DNA of 64,000 nt from IMG/VR virus record IMGVR_UViG_2695420475_000006; one strand, written 5' to 3'. The notes beneath the pieces were generated by a model. The model was not told the DNA's origin, made no database searches, and was given only the letters and a program-made list of their open reading frames with translations. The stretch's first letter is position 1, and the number at the start of each line of letters is the position of its first letter. Shown one piece after another: positions 29,084-38,621 of this stretch. Both the position numbers and the translations under genes were made by a program. The stretch is from an uncultured virus (IMG/VR IMGVR_UViG_2695420475_000006) (Duplodnaviria; Heunggongvirae; Uroviricota; Caudoviricetes).

Positions 29084-30213
29084 CGACCCGCGAGTACGCC
29101 AAAAACCTGTTCGCCCAATGGTCCGACGACGACTTCTGCAACCAACCGATCTTCGACAAGCTGTTCTTCCAGGTCCTCAACGGGCAGCGCGCCGTCAATG
29201 CCGCCGGCATCCAGCCGATCAACTTCACCCGCTGGCGCAAGGCCATGCGCGACGGCGACCACCTGCCCGCCGTGGGCGACCTGCAGGCCGCGCTGGTGCG
29301 CATGGAGCGCCGCGGCTTCGTGTTCACCGACGAGGACACGGGGGAGGTGCTGGTGCGTTCCCGGATCCGCCGCGACGAACTCGACAAGCAGCCCACCATG
29401 TTCCTGGCCGCGCTGCGCCTCCTGGCCGTCATCGACTCGCCCAAGTTCGCCGCCGTGCTCGCCGACGAGCTCGACCGTATGGACGTCCCGGAAGTGAAGG
29501 GGGACAAGGACTACGCCAAGCGTCTGCGCGACTCCCTCAACGACACCCATCGGGCGGCCCGTGCACACCTCAAGACCCTGGCCGACGGATACCCGCAGCC
29601 GTTCCCAGAACCATTCGACGGACTCACCGAGGGACCCTCCCAGGGACCCACCCCTAGACCCTCTACAGGACCCTCCGAAGGACCCACCTCGGGAGGGTCT
29701 ACGGGACCCACCCCGTCACCTGGGGAAACAGGACCCACCCCGGGACCCTCCCCGAGACCCACCCAGGGACCCTCGGGTTCTGGTTCAGGTTCAGGTTCTC
29801 TCACCTTGGTAACTACTCAAGTGGGGGGTACGCGTGCGCGCGCACACGAGACCGCCGAACCCACGCCAGCACCAGACGAACCCCCCACACGATGCAAAGC
29901 CCACCGCGACAACCCCGACGCCATCGAGGACAACTGCGGCCCCTGCGCCAACTTCCGCAAGGCACACGAACGCTGGACCGAACACCAAACACGCGCCCAA
30001 GCCCAAGCCAGGGCCGACACCCTCCACCAAGCCGCCCAACTCCGCGCCCACGCCATCGCCACCTGCGACCTATGCGACCCAGACGGCTACCTCCCCGGCA
30101 CCAGCACCGTCTGCAACCACAACCCCACCCAAGCCGAAACCAACGCCCGCGGACGCCAACTCGTCCACGCCGCACTCCGCAGCCGAACCCAGCAGGAGAC
30201 CGACGATGCGTGA
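29080..30213 (+). CDS. Putative replication initiator (copy 3)
   Basis: Same as 14212-15345. Confidence 0.6.
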   Translation: MTTREYAKNLFAQWSDDDFCNQPIFDKLFFQVLNGQRAVNAAGIQPINFTRWRKAMRDGDHLPAVGDLQAALVRMERRGFVFTDEDTGEVLVRSRIRRDELDKQPTMFLAALRLLAVIDSPKFAAVLADELDRMDVPEVKGDKDYAKRLRDSLNDTHRAARAHLKTLADGYPQPFPEPFDGLTEGPSQGPTPRPSTGPSEGPTSGGSTGPTPSPGETGPTPGPSPRPTQGPSGSGSGSGSLTLVTTQVGGTRARAHETAEPTPAPDEPPTRCKAHRDNPDAIEDNCGPCANFRKAHERWTEHQTRAQAQARADTLHQAAQLRAHAIATCDLCDPDGYLPGTSTVCNHNPTQAETNARGRQLVHAALRSRTQQETDDA

Positions 30214-30576
30214 CCCCTACGACCCCTGGGCCGACGAACGCACACAAGCCCAACCCGACCTCACCGACATCGCCCAAGCCGAAGCCATCCGCAACTGCCA
30301 CCTCTGCGACACCCACGGCCACCGAGACGGACTCCCATGCCGCCACATCGACCACGCCGCAGCCGCCAAACGAGGACTCGCCACCATCCGCGCCCAAATG
30401 GGCTGGAACACCCCCACAGGCACAACAACCCAACAAACCAGCCAAAAACCGCCCCACGACGCCACCAGCAGCCAAAAAACACCCCTGTAACTCACCCCCA
30501 CCACCCAAAAACCCCGAACCATCAACCACCCAGCCCAAACCCCAGCCAGCACCCCCAACAAAGAAAATCCACCACC

Positions 30577-31065
30577 ATGCCGCCAGTCATGAACCGCCAA
30601 GGCTCAAACCAACGCGCCGAAAAAGCCTGGCAGCTCCACATCGCCGGCCGAACCTGGCGCGAAGTCGCCGAGGTCACGGGCTTCAAATCGCCCCAATCGG
30701 CCCAGAAAGCCGCCATGGCATGGCTCAAGAAGAATCCGCCGTCCACCCTCGAAATAGCGCGCCGCGCGAACGGTGACGGCATCCGCCAGGTTCGCGGAAT
30801 GCTGATGGAGACCATGGCGAAGGCCAAGGCCAAGGGGGAGCACCGCACCGTTTCTGAGCTGGGCCGCGCGGTACTCGACAGCTACGAGAAGGAGGCGAAG
30901 CTGTGGGGTCTGTTCGTCGTTGTGCCTGAGGAGGTCAACGTGAACGTTACGACCGCCGTGGCGGTGCTGGAGCGAGCGGAGGCCGAGCTACTGGCACTGG
31001 CTGCGGCCGGCCAGCCCGCGATCTCGGCGCAGCCCGTCATCGACGCCGAGGTGGTCGAGCCGTGA
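30577..31065 (+). CDS. TerS-like HTH protein (copy 3)
   Basis: Same as 15709-16197. Confidence 0.5.
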   Translation: MPPVMNRQGSNQRAEKAWQLHIAGRTWREVAEVTGFKSPQSAQKAAMAWLKKNPPSTLEIARRANGDGIRQVRGMLMETMAKAKAKGEHRTVSELGRAVLDSYEKEAKLWGLFVVVPEEVNVNVTTAVAVLERAEAELLALAAAGQPAISAQPVIDAEVVEP

Positions 31066-31406
31066 CCGCCCCGACCGAGCCCGTGCAGGATGCGATCAAG
31101 GCGGCGATGTTGGTCGCCAAGGATGTGGCTGAGGGACGGCTGGACCCGGCCGCGCTGGACGCCGCAGTGGTGGCCGAGTGCCGCGAGCTGTTCGCGTTCG
31201 TGTCCGGGCCCGGAGATCCGTTGTGGGACATCCACGTCGAGGTGGCCCGCCAGGTGCTCGCCCTCGATGGCATCCCGGTCGACGAGCTGGCCGAGTGGCT
31301 GGCCGTGACCCGCCGGGCGCAGGGCGTCGAAGCGCCGGCCGATTCGTGGATGGCGCGCGTACTGGAGCAGCTGGCCGACGAGGACGACGAGGCCGAGCCA
31401 GTCTAA
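31062..31406 (+). CDS. Hypothetical protein (copy 3)
   Basis: Same as 16194-16538. Confidence 0.6.
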   Translation: MTAPTEPVQDAIKAAMLVAKDVAEGRLDPAALDAAVVAECRELFAFVSGPGDPLWDIHVEVARQVLALDGIPVDELAEWLAVTRRAQGVEAPADSWMARVLEQLADEDDEAEPV

Positions 31407-31549
31407 CTGGGGTATACCCGTGCCGGACCCTTTATCGATCCCAGATTCTTGCCCGCGAAATGCGCAGATGGTCTCTAAAAAGGGTGGTTGACGGATTGTT
31501 AGACGGCGATCTAATGTGGTCTAGAACCTAATTAGAAAAGGAGGGGTTC

Positions 31550-31819
31550 ATGACCACCATCGCGGATGACCTTGCCGCCGACCTCGGCAGCGACTTCCAA
31601 GTCACCACCACCCCGCAGGGCTGGACCGAAGTGCGCGTCCGACCCGAACGCGCGATCGGCGACAAGCTCGACTTGGCCCGCATCGTCACCGCCGACAACA
31701 CCTATCGCCTGATTCACCTGACCCACAACGAGGTCTGCAAAGGCGAGGCGACATTCGTCGGCTCGATGCTCGGGTTCCTGCCGGCCGTGGTGCGTGAGTT
31801 TTGCGAAGTGGTGTTCTGA
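31550..31819 (+). CDS. Hypothetical protein (copy 3)
   Basis: Same as 16682-16951. Confidence 0.6.
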   Translation: MTTIADDLAADLGSDFQVTTTPQGWTEVRVRPERAIGDKLDLARIVTADNTYRLIHLTHNEVCKGEATFVGSMLGFLPAVVREFCEVVF

Positions 31820-31821
31820 CC

Positions 31822-32187
31822 GTGGCTGACGGCGACAAGCTGCACGCCGCGATCGGCGCCCGCACTACCGCGCAACTGCTGTCCTACCTGGCGCACCTGG
31901 AGACCATGACCGTCACGCCAGAGACGCGTCTGGTGGGTGCGTTGATCGCTGACACCATCACCGAGCGCGAGGGCATTGACGACGCGCTGGACGAGGTGTT
32001 CGCGGACCAGACGTTCAACGGCACCTATCTCGACGCGATCCGCGCCGCGCTGGCCGACCGGCGCGTCCGGCACCGGCGCACTGGCGCCGAGGGCATGTTG
32101 CTCAACGAGCGCGGCCGGCCCATCGCGATCGTCCACTGGGACAGCCAGCCGCTACCGACGTGGGCCGACTGGTCCGACCTCGAATGA
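31822..32187 (+). CDS. Hypothetical protein (copy 3)
   Basis: Same as 16954-17319. Confidence 0.55.
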   Translation: MADGDKLHAAIGARTTAQLLSYLAHLETMTVTPETRLVGALIADTITEREGIDDALDEVFADQTFNGTYLDAIRAALADRRVRHRRTGAEGMLLNERGRPIAIVHWDSQPLPTWADWSDLE

Positions 32188-32205
32188 CGAAGGGATGATG
32201 ACCCG

Positions 32206-32784
32206 ATGAGCGACTCGAAGACGGGGCAGCAGGTCGGCTACGTGCGGGTGTCCACCCTCGACCAGAACACCGAACGCCAGCTCGACGGCATCGAGGTTGA
32301 TAAGCGGTTCGAGGACAAGGCCAGTGGCAAGGACACTGCGCGGCCGGCGCTCACCGAGGCGCTCGGCTACGTACGCGACGGCGACACCCTGGTGGTTCAT
32401 TCCATGGATCGGCTTGCCCGCTCGCTGGAGGATCTACGGCGCACTGTGCGGGAGCTGACCGCTCGGGGGGTGCGGGTCCACTTCGTCAAGGAGAATCTGA
32501 CGTTCACGGGCGACGATTCGCCGATGTCCACGCTGCTGCTGTCGATGTTGGGCGCGGTGGCTGAGTTCGAGCGGTCGATGATCCGGGAGCGCCAGCGTGA
32601 GGGCATCGAGCTCGCGAAGGCTAAGGGCGTCTATAAGGGCCGCAAGCCGGCGCTGACCGATGAGCAGACCGTCGAGGTGTTGGAGCGGCTGGCCGGCGGC
32701 GAGCATCCAGCCGATTTAGCGCGCGAGTTTGGGGTGTCGCGTGCGACTGTCTACAACGTGCGGGCCCGTGCCTCAGAGGGCTAG
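32206..32784 (+). CDS. Small serine recombinase (copy)
   Basis: Same as 17338-17916. Confidence 0.9.
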   Translation: MSDSKTGQQVGYVRVSTLDQNTERQLDGIEVDKRFEDKASGKDTARPALTEALGYVRDGDTLVVHSMDRLARSLEDLRRTVRELTARGVRVHFVKENLTFTGDDSPMSTLLLSMLGAVAEFERSMIRERQREGIELAKAKGVYKGRKPALTDEQTVEVLERLAGGEHPADLAREFGVSRATVYNVRARASEG

Positions 32785-33060
32785 TTCTGGGGGTGGTGTT
32801 GTGAAGAGGGCCGAGACGGTGTGCCAGCTGGAATATTCCTTGTGGCGACCAGGTGAGTGACCGTTAGCGCTCACCAACACCCATTGTCCGTGCGGGAGGA
32901 AGTAGGTCCGCCGGTCCCCGTCGCTCCAGATTCCAAGCACGCCGCCGGGCAGGAAGGCGTAAGCGTCTTCGTCAGAGAACTCTTCGAACGGTTCCGCACC
33001 GTCCTGGGGGTTGGGCGCAGCGAACGTTGAACCCACGGGGTATGTCACTCGGAAGCTCAT
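32773..33060 (-). CDS. Hypothetical protein (copy)
   Basis: Same as 17905-18192. Confidence 0.5.
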   Translation of the reverse strand: MSFRVTYPVGSTFAAPNPQDGAEPFEEFSDEDAYAFLPGGVLGIWSDGDRRTYFLPHGQWVLVSANGHSPGRHKEYSSWHTVSALFTTPPPELAL

Positions 33061-33338
33061 GGTGCCGAACCCTAGTTGCGACTGGCCTGGGTTGATCCGA
33101 CACACCCCCCGCGCTTACCGGGGAAAAATTATTTTCTGGGCTACTGTCTCTTCCTGTCCCCAGCTAGTCAACAGGTTTGTCCACACGGGCGGTGGCTGTT
33201 GATCTGCTGTTTCTGGATTCATCCACAGTTTCGGCATCGAAAATCGGCCGCCGTGCGTGGTTCTTAGATTCGGGTGTTTTTGCAGTATTTCTGCGCTTGC
33301 GGCGTGACCTGCGTTACTTACACCGATAAGATTTAGCT

Positions 33339-33493
33339 GCTTGGAAGGAGCCCCGGGCCGGAATGCCTGGGGGTCAGGCGTCACGGCCTGGGACCCCTAA
33401 TCCCTGTTTGCGGCAGGATTTGAAGGTATCAGGATTGGTCACGACTCGCCAAAAAAGTCTGCGAGTCGTGGGCTGGTGCCGTCACTTCCAACG
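33339..33493 (+). ncRNA. Putative structured ncRNA (copy)
   Basis: Same as 18471-18625. Confidence 0.5.
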
Positions 33494-33529
33494 TTTGCGT
33501 ATGGCGAATGACCTGCGCAAAGGAAGGAA

Positions 33530-34123
33530 ATGGCAATGATTGGTAACAAGATCGCTCGCGGCGCGGCTGCGGGCGTGTTGGCGGTCGGCGCGTTCGCGCT
33601 GACCGCGTGCGTCGGTGACAAATCCGAGGCCAGTCCGGCGGTCGCGCAGTTGGGTTCCCCTGTGAAGGTCAGCGGCTCGTCGGGCTGGAGTGGTGACGGG
33701 GATTATTCCGGCACCGTCACTGTCGACCCTGGTCCCGCGTGTGCGCTCGATGATGACGGTCGGGTCGTCGTGTTCCATGTTCGGGCTGGTGCTGAGAAAG
33801 GCTCGGTCCCGACTGGCAACTGGAGGTTGCAGACCGGGAATGCCGACCCTGTGTCGAATGGTCACTTCGATCTTGGCGATTTCGCTGGGCCGTTGATTGG
33901 GTCGCCGGTTGATACGGACAAGGCGTGGGGTGATATCGCGTTCCATCTGCCCCCGAAGACCGTTCCGACCCGATTGCAGCTTTTCGCGGGTGACGATCGG
34001 TACAGCAACTCTCCGGGGGTTGCGCTTGCCCAGTGGGCGACGCCGATGGAGGTCAAAGCATCGGTGTATTGCTCGGGGCCGCTGCAGGCCGCAGTCAAGC
34101 GTGAGACGCCTGTGACGAACTGA
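33530..34123 (+). CDS. Lipoprotein (copy)
   Basis: Same as 18662-19255. Confidence 0.75.
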   Translation: MAMIGNKIARGAAAGVLAVGAFALTACVGDKSEASPAVAQLGSPVKVSGSSGWSGDGDYSGTVTVDPGPACALDDDGRVVVFHVRAGAEKGSVPTGNWRLQTGNADPVSNGHFDLGDFAGPLIGSPVDTDKAWGDIAFHLPPKTVPTRLQLFAGDDRYSNSPGVALAQWATPMEVKASVYCSGPLQAAVKRETPVTN

Positions 34124-34459
34124 TCGTGTGAGGAATCCCCCGCGGACGGCGTGGGGAAGATGCCGTCCCCGGGGGATTTTCATCCTCGACGGGTGATGTG
34201 TCCCACGAGTTTTGGCGTTTGGTTCTTGTTACCCGGATGTCCGTTCTCAAATGATCTGTCGCAGATTATTTGACAAAAGCCGCTACTGAACAGGGTTGCG
34301 ACAGATTAAGGAGAACTCTTTTCACCGTTGATGGCCCAGCGGTTCTCATTTGATCTGTCACAAGTCCACTCGAGCGGGCTCGCGTCGCCAAGGTCACTGG
34401 CTGCCACTGGAACAGCCAGCTCGATTCGTGCCGGCGATCGCCGGCTTGTTCGTCAAAGC

Positions 34460-34533
34460 TGACTGCCACTGTCAGGGGGTGATGAACCCGAATCCCTTTC
34501 GGCGTTGAACCACTCCACGATGCCTTGTGCCAT
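34460..34533 (-). pseudogene. cspA: Frameshifted, truncated cold-shock protein remnant
   Basis: Minus strand reads MAQGIVEWFNAE then, after shift, GFGFITP (CspA RNP1 motif WFNAEKGFGFI). Confidence 0.75.
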
Positions 34534-34605
34534 GCGATAACTACTCAAAAGCGGGGGTCGACTTTCGATCCCGGGTCTGCGATCCGGGCGGCCCGGTGAA
34601 GGTCA

Positions 34606-35073
34606 TCACCCTGTTCTGCGTGCTGCCGCCAATGGTTCGATTGACAGCAATGCTGTTGGGCTACATGTGCTGCCCGGTTCGGCAGCTCTAGTCATCACGT
34701 CGTGGGCATGATGGGGGTCGGTCATCGGAGGGACAACCAGCAGTACTAGTCGACGATGGTCTAGATCGCTGATGTAGATGGTGTCTGGCCTCTGGTAACG
34801 GTACCCGTCTAACGACACCATACGACCCCAGTAGCACAGTTGTTTCGGCGCTGTGTCCCATTCGGTGATGCGGTAGATCACGCGCTTGATGGTCCCTAAC
34901 CGGGAAGCTACAGCATCCAAAACTGCTGGTAAGTCTTGATTTAGGTCCTGTGAGCGCGGCCACCATGCGCCGTCGATATGTCCGCTCCAATCACCATCGG
35001 GCTTTAGTCGAAGACGAACCGAGTCGTCGCAGTCGAGTGTCTCTACCGCCGCCGAAGTGACCGCGCTGATCAT
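34606..35073 (-). CDS. DUF5994 family protein
   Basis: RLRLKP...GHIDGAWWPRS.DL...LLVVPP motif. Confidence 0.8.
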   Translation of the reverse strand: MISAVTSAAVETLDCDDSVRLRLKPDGDWSGHIDGAWWPRSQDLNQDLPAVLDAVASRLGTIKRVIYRITEWDTAPKQLCYWGRMVSLDGYRYQRPDTIYISDLDHRRLVLLVVPPMTDPHHAHDVMTRAAEPGSTCSPTALLSIEPLAAARRTG

Positions 35074-35495
35074 GATGTCGTCGGTCCGGCTGATTGCGAC
35101 TTAAGCACCCGGTCGGATCTACCGCCAAAATCGCATTGATCCTCTGCTTCCGAATGCGATTTCCTGGACGGGGGGACAATCAGCAGGGTCAAATGTGCGC
35201 CGTTCGTCCCTCGAACGCTAATAGTGCTGGCGGGCTGCAGAAGTGACCAACCCAGGTGAACCAGACGGTTGAGGAAAAGCACTCTCCGCGAGGAGGGTGC
35301 CCATTCCCCAGCTCGATAGGTAATCCGATCAATGGGACCCAAATCGAGGCTAAGTCGCGTAAGCAACGGCAGAACCTCGACCGATAGATCCTTAGATCGT
35401 GGGCACCAAGCTCCATCGGCGTATCCAGTTTTCGGATCCAGATGAAGGCGCAGAGCCGACTGGAGTGGTTGTGGACAAAATATCTGATGCGTCAT
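35070..35495 (-). CDS. DUF5994 family protein (paralog)
   Basis: LRLHL...GYADGAWCPRS.DL...LLIVPP; AGGAG RBS; ATGA overlap with paralog. Confidence 0.75.
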   Translation of the reverse strand: MTHQIFCPQPLQSALRLHLDPKTGYADGAWCPRSKDLSVEVLPLLTRLSLDLGPIDRITYRAGEWAPSSRRVLFLNRLVHLGWSLLQPASTISVRGTNGAHLTLLIVPPSRKSHSEAEDQCDFGGRSDRVLKSQSAGPTTS

Positions 35496-36534
35496 CAGAC
35501 GCTCCTAGCCTCGGCCCGTAATCGGTGCCGAATAGTTCGACGGTGCCGCGCCCATGAGTAGGCAGGTACTAGATATCCGTCTACGTCCAGGATACTCCGG
35601 CTTGGACAGCCCAGTGGGTGATTGAGAGTCCTTGGAACGATTTTGCGCATGCCACGCACTACTGGCGGACCTCCCTAACCGGACACACTCAACAGCGTCA
35701 ACAGCTACAGAAACAGCCTCACGAGAACCTCAGAAGCATCCCGGCACACTGAAAAGAACCCGATCGATCCCACCGATCTGGCATCAGCGGCGACCCGATG
35801 CGGCTCCCTACAAGCAGGCCAGCAGATAGCAGCGGGGCGACACAACAAGCGGCACATCACTCTCCCCAGTTGCGGGTGCCGCCGTACCCTTCTTCGGCTG
35901 GTAATAGGAAGAAAAGAGAAATCAGCTTGTGCTTCCTCAGGTCGCGTGTCGTTGCCAGCAGGTGCTCGACACGCGGTTGCGACAGATTAGATGAGAATGC
36001 GACAGCCCATTTGAGAACGGACACCGGACGTAGCGGCTAGCGTTGCGCCGCTGCGGCAGGGTGCTGCGGCGGAGAGGGGTGATGGATGCCTGATAGCGAT
36101 TTGACGAAAGAGACTCGGGAGGCGTTGTTGACGGCGATCAAAGCGGACGCCGAGGGGCGGCAGGGGAGCGTCTCCATCATTTGGCTGCGGCATTTGCGCT
36201 GACTGTGGGCGCCAACATTCACAAGTTGCCGGGCTACCTGCCGCCGTCATCGTCGTAGTTGGTCCGGAGATGGGGCTGGCTCGGTACTGAGCTGAGCTGG
36301 CCCCACCCCCCTGGCGAATCTCTTCGCGGAAAGCAGGGGGAGCTACCTTTCCGCAGGTCGCGCCCAGTGCGACGGCAAAGAATCAAGATAGTTTTCTGAA
36401 TCAGCTTTCGCCCCAGTTCAACGTGCTTTACCATGTTCCCCATGGCCTCCGGGGACCTCGATTCAGGCAACCACTACAAGGCATACTGGTGCCGTGTACT
36501 GCAACACCAGCCGNNNNNNNNNNNNNNNNNNNNN

Positions 36535-36711
36535 GTCGGCGCGGTGGTGCTGGAACCGTTCGCCGGATCGGGCACGACTGCCGAGGCGTGCATCCTCGAG
36601 GACCGGCGTTGCATCGCGATTGAACGTGAGGCCGAGTACCTGCCGTTGATCGTGTCCCGGCTACGCAAGCCGGTGCAGCAAGGGCTATTCGGGTTAGGGG
36701 CGGGCGCATGA
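36535..36711 (+). CDS. 3' fragment of N6A/N4C DNA methyltransferase (cut by gap)
   Basis: VLEPFAGSGTT motif. Confidence 0.75.
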   Translation, partial: VGAVVLEPFAGSGTTAEACILEDRRCIAIEREAEYLPLIVSRLRKPVQQGLFGLGAGA

Positions 36712-36835
36712 CCCGCACCCCCGAGAGCACCAAGGCATACCAGGCCGGTCTGTGCGTGGACTGCAAGACCGAGCCGCGCAGCGCCGGTCGGCCACGGTGC
36801 GACAAATGCCATACAAAATTCAGAAGGGGTGAGTG

Positions 36836-37819
36836 ATGGGCGACAAGACCGGCATCGAATGGGCCGATGCCACATGGAATCCGGTAACCGGTTGCGACAA
36901 GGTGTCTCCCGGCTGCGATCACTGCTACGCCGAGACGTTCGCAGAGCGTTGGCGCGGCACGCGGGGGCACTATTTCGAGACCGGATTCGATGTGCAGCTG
37001 CGACCGGACAAGCTCGACTTGCCGCTGCGCTGGACCAAGCCTCGCCGCATCTTCGTAAATTCAATGTCAGATCTATTCCACGACAAGGTGCCTGACGAGT
37101 ACATCGCCCGCGTGTTCGCCGTCATGGCGCTCGCACCGCAGCACACGTTCCAGCTGCTCACTAAGCGTCACGGGCGGATGCGGACACTGTTGCGAGATGG
37201 CGAGTTTCAACAGCAGGTCTACGACGCATGGGGACAGCTGGAGATGCCGAAGGGGCGCCCGTCGATGGAGGACTGGCCGTGGTCCGGTTGGCCACTACCC
37301 AACGTCTGGCTGGGTGTCAGCGCCGAGGATCAGAAGCGCGCCGACCTCCGCATCCCCGCGCTGCTGGACACCCCGGCCGCCGCACGGTTCGTCAGTGCCG
37401 AGCCGCTTCTCGGGCCGATCGACCTACATGGTGACCCGATCGGGAAAGACTCGGTTTTCTGGATCGGGCATCTGGACTGGGTGATCGTCGGCGGCGAATC
37501 TGGCTCCGGCGCAAGGCCAATGCACCCAGACTGGGCGCGCTCACTGCGCGACCAATGCCTAGCCGCTGGCGTGCCGTTCCTGTTCAAACAGTGGGGCGAA
37601 TGGCGTTGGACGCGCGAGGCCGACGACTACGAGTATGAGCGAGCGCACGGCGATCTCTACCCCAACGCCAAATGGGAAACGGTCTCACCTGACGGCGTGA
37701 TCGCCGCCGATAACATCCCGCATCCGGGGTACGCCACCATGCAGCGCGTCGGCAAGAAGCGCGCCGGGCGCGAGCTGGACGGGCGCACATGGGACCAATA
37801 CCCCGAGGTGGTGCGCTGA
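36836..37819 (+). CDS. DUF5131 (Gp37/Gp68) family protein
   Basis: Three-Cys motif CDKVSPGCDHC; probably the native copy. Confidence 0.9.
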   Translation: MGDKTGIEWADATWNPVTGCDKVSPGCDHCYAETFAERWRGTRGHYFETGFDVQLRPDKLDLPLRWTKPRRIFVNSMSDLFHDKVPDEYIARVFAVMALAPQHTFQLLTKRHGRMRTLLRDGEFQQQVYDAWGQLEMPKGRPSMEDWPWSGWPLPNVWLGVSAEDQKRADLRIPALLDTPAAARFVSAEPLLGPIDLHGDPIGKDSVFWIGHLDWVIVGGESGSGARPMHPDWARSLRDQCLAAGVPFLFKQWGEWRWTREADDYEYERAHGDLYPNAKWETVSPDGVIAADNIPHPGYATMQRVGKKRAGRELDGRTWDQYPEVVR

Positions 37820-38256
37820 TGGCCACACGTAAGTACATCTACCGCGTGGTTGTCGACGAGTGGCCGACCGAGGACGGCATGCCCTTCATCGACCAGGACT
37901 GGCGCTGGTGGGAGCAGATCGTCGACTACTTCCACAATCCCGAGGGTGATGACCCGTCGCCCGCCTGGCTGCCCGATATCACCGAGTACCTGGAAGACCA
38001 GGGTGACGAATGGACGCCGGCGGGTTGGGGCAACAAGCCGCGATTCACCCGCCTTGTGTGCGAACCCGGAGACGAGCCCGACTACCCGAACGGATACCGA
38101 GGTTACGACGACCAACCTGTGATCGCCGTGCCCATCGCTCCTGCCCGCCGGTTCATGCAACGCGCCCAACCGGACGCGGCGGCAAAACAGCTGCGCGAGT
38201 GGGGATGCAAAGCACACGTGGAACGCGCTGCCCTTGGTGATTGGGAGGTGGCCTGA
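37819..38256 (+). CDS. Hypothetical protein, allele D of shared gene
   Basis: Diverged paralog of 12247-12684. Confidence 0.7.
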   Translation: MATRKYIYRVVVDEWPTEDGMPFIDQDWRWWEQIVDYFHNPEGDDPSPAWLPDITEYLEDQGDEWTPAGWGNKPRFTRLVCEPGDEPDYPNGYRGYDDQPVIAVPIAPARRFMQRAQPDAAAKQLREWGCKAHVERAALGDWEVA

Positions 38257-38621
38257 TGCCCAAGCGAATCCAGCGCAAGCGTACCGCGGGCTGGCGGATG
38301 CCCGAGGGGGCTATCTACGTCGGGCGGCCGAGCCAGTGGGGCAACCCGTACGTTGCGGGTCCAGGTCGACCACGAATGCCATGGCTGCCAGAGGGAACCG
38401 TTCTGACCGTTGAGCAGACCGTCGCCTGCTATGCCGACATGGTTCGTGGCGGTGGCCCGAACATCAACGGCGACAAGTGGCTTACATCGCAAGTCGGTGT
38501 AATTCGCTACCTCCTAGCTGGCCGCGACCTGGCGTGCTGGTGCCCGCTCGACCAGCCATGCCATGCCGACGTGCTGCTGGAAATCGCCAACTCCACAACC
38601 GAATCGGAGGTAACGGCGTAA
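38256..38621 (+). CDS. DUF4326 family protein
   Basis: YVGRPS.WGNPY, LAGRDLACWCP...CHADVL. Confidence 0.85.
   Translation: MPKRIQRKRTAGWRMPEGAIYVGRPSQWGNPYVAGPGRPRMPWLPEGTVLTVEQTVACYADMVRGGGPNINGDKWLTSQVGVIRYLLAGRDLACWCPLDQPCHADVLLEIANSTTESEVTA

Larger units (their letters stand above)
34238..36023. mobile_element. Non-autonomous transposon with TGT...ACA ends (TnsB/TniA/Mu-like or IS21-like end architecture)
   Basis: 26-bp IRs (24/26) TGTCCGTTCTCAAATG[AT/GG]CTGTCGCA; 5-bp TSD CCGGA at 34233-34237 and 36024-36028; five ~20-bp transposase-site-like repeats; no transposase ORF. Confidence 0.88.

Noticed and set aside
32206..34238. Mini-transposon as a Tn5053-type res-site hunter targeting the resolvase
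   Set aside because: The insertion is ~2.7 kb from the putative res site, so targeting is unsupported.
19407..34263. Genuine tandem amplification of a prophage module
   Set aside because: Each copy starts at the same base right after an N gap and copies appear identical outside the shared gene; an artefact is more parsimonious until long reads are available.
36082..36258. Small possibly frameshifted gene after the transposon (MPDSDLTKETREALL...)
   Set aside because: Too short and no recognisable family; cannot be supported.
12247..38256. Diversity-generating retroelement TR/VR pair among the four variant gene copies
   Set aside because: No reverse transcriptase in the window, and differences are mostly synonymous and not adenine-specific; two alleles plus chimeras explain them.
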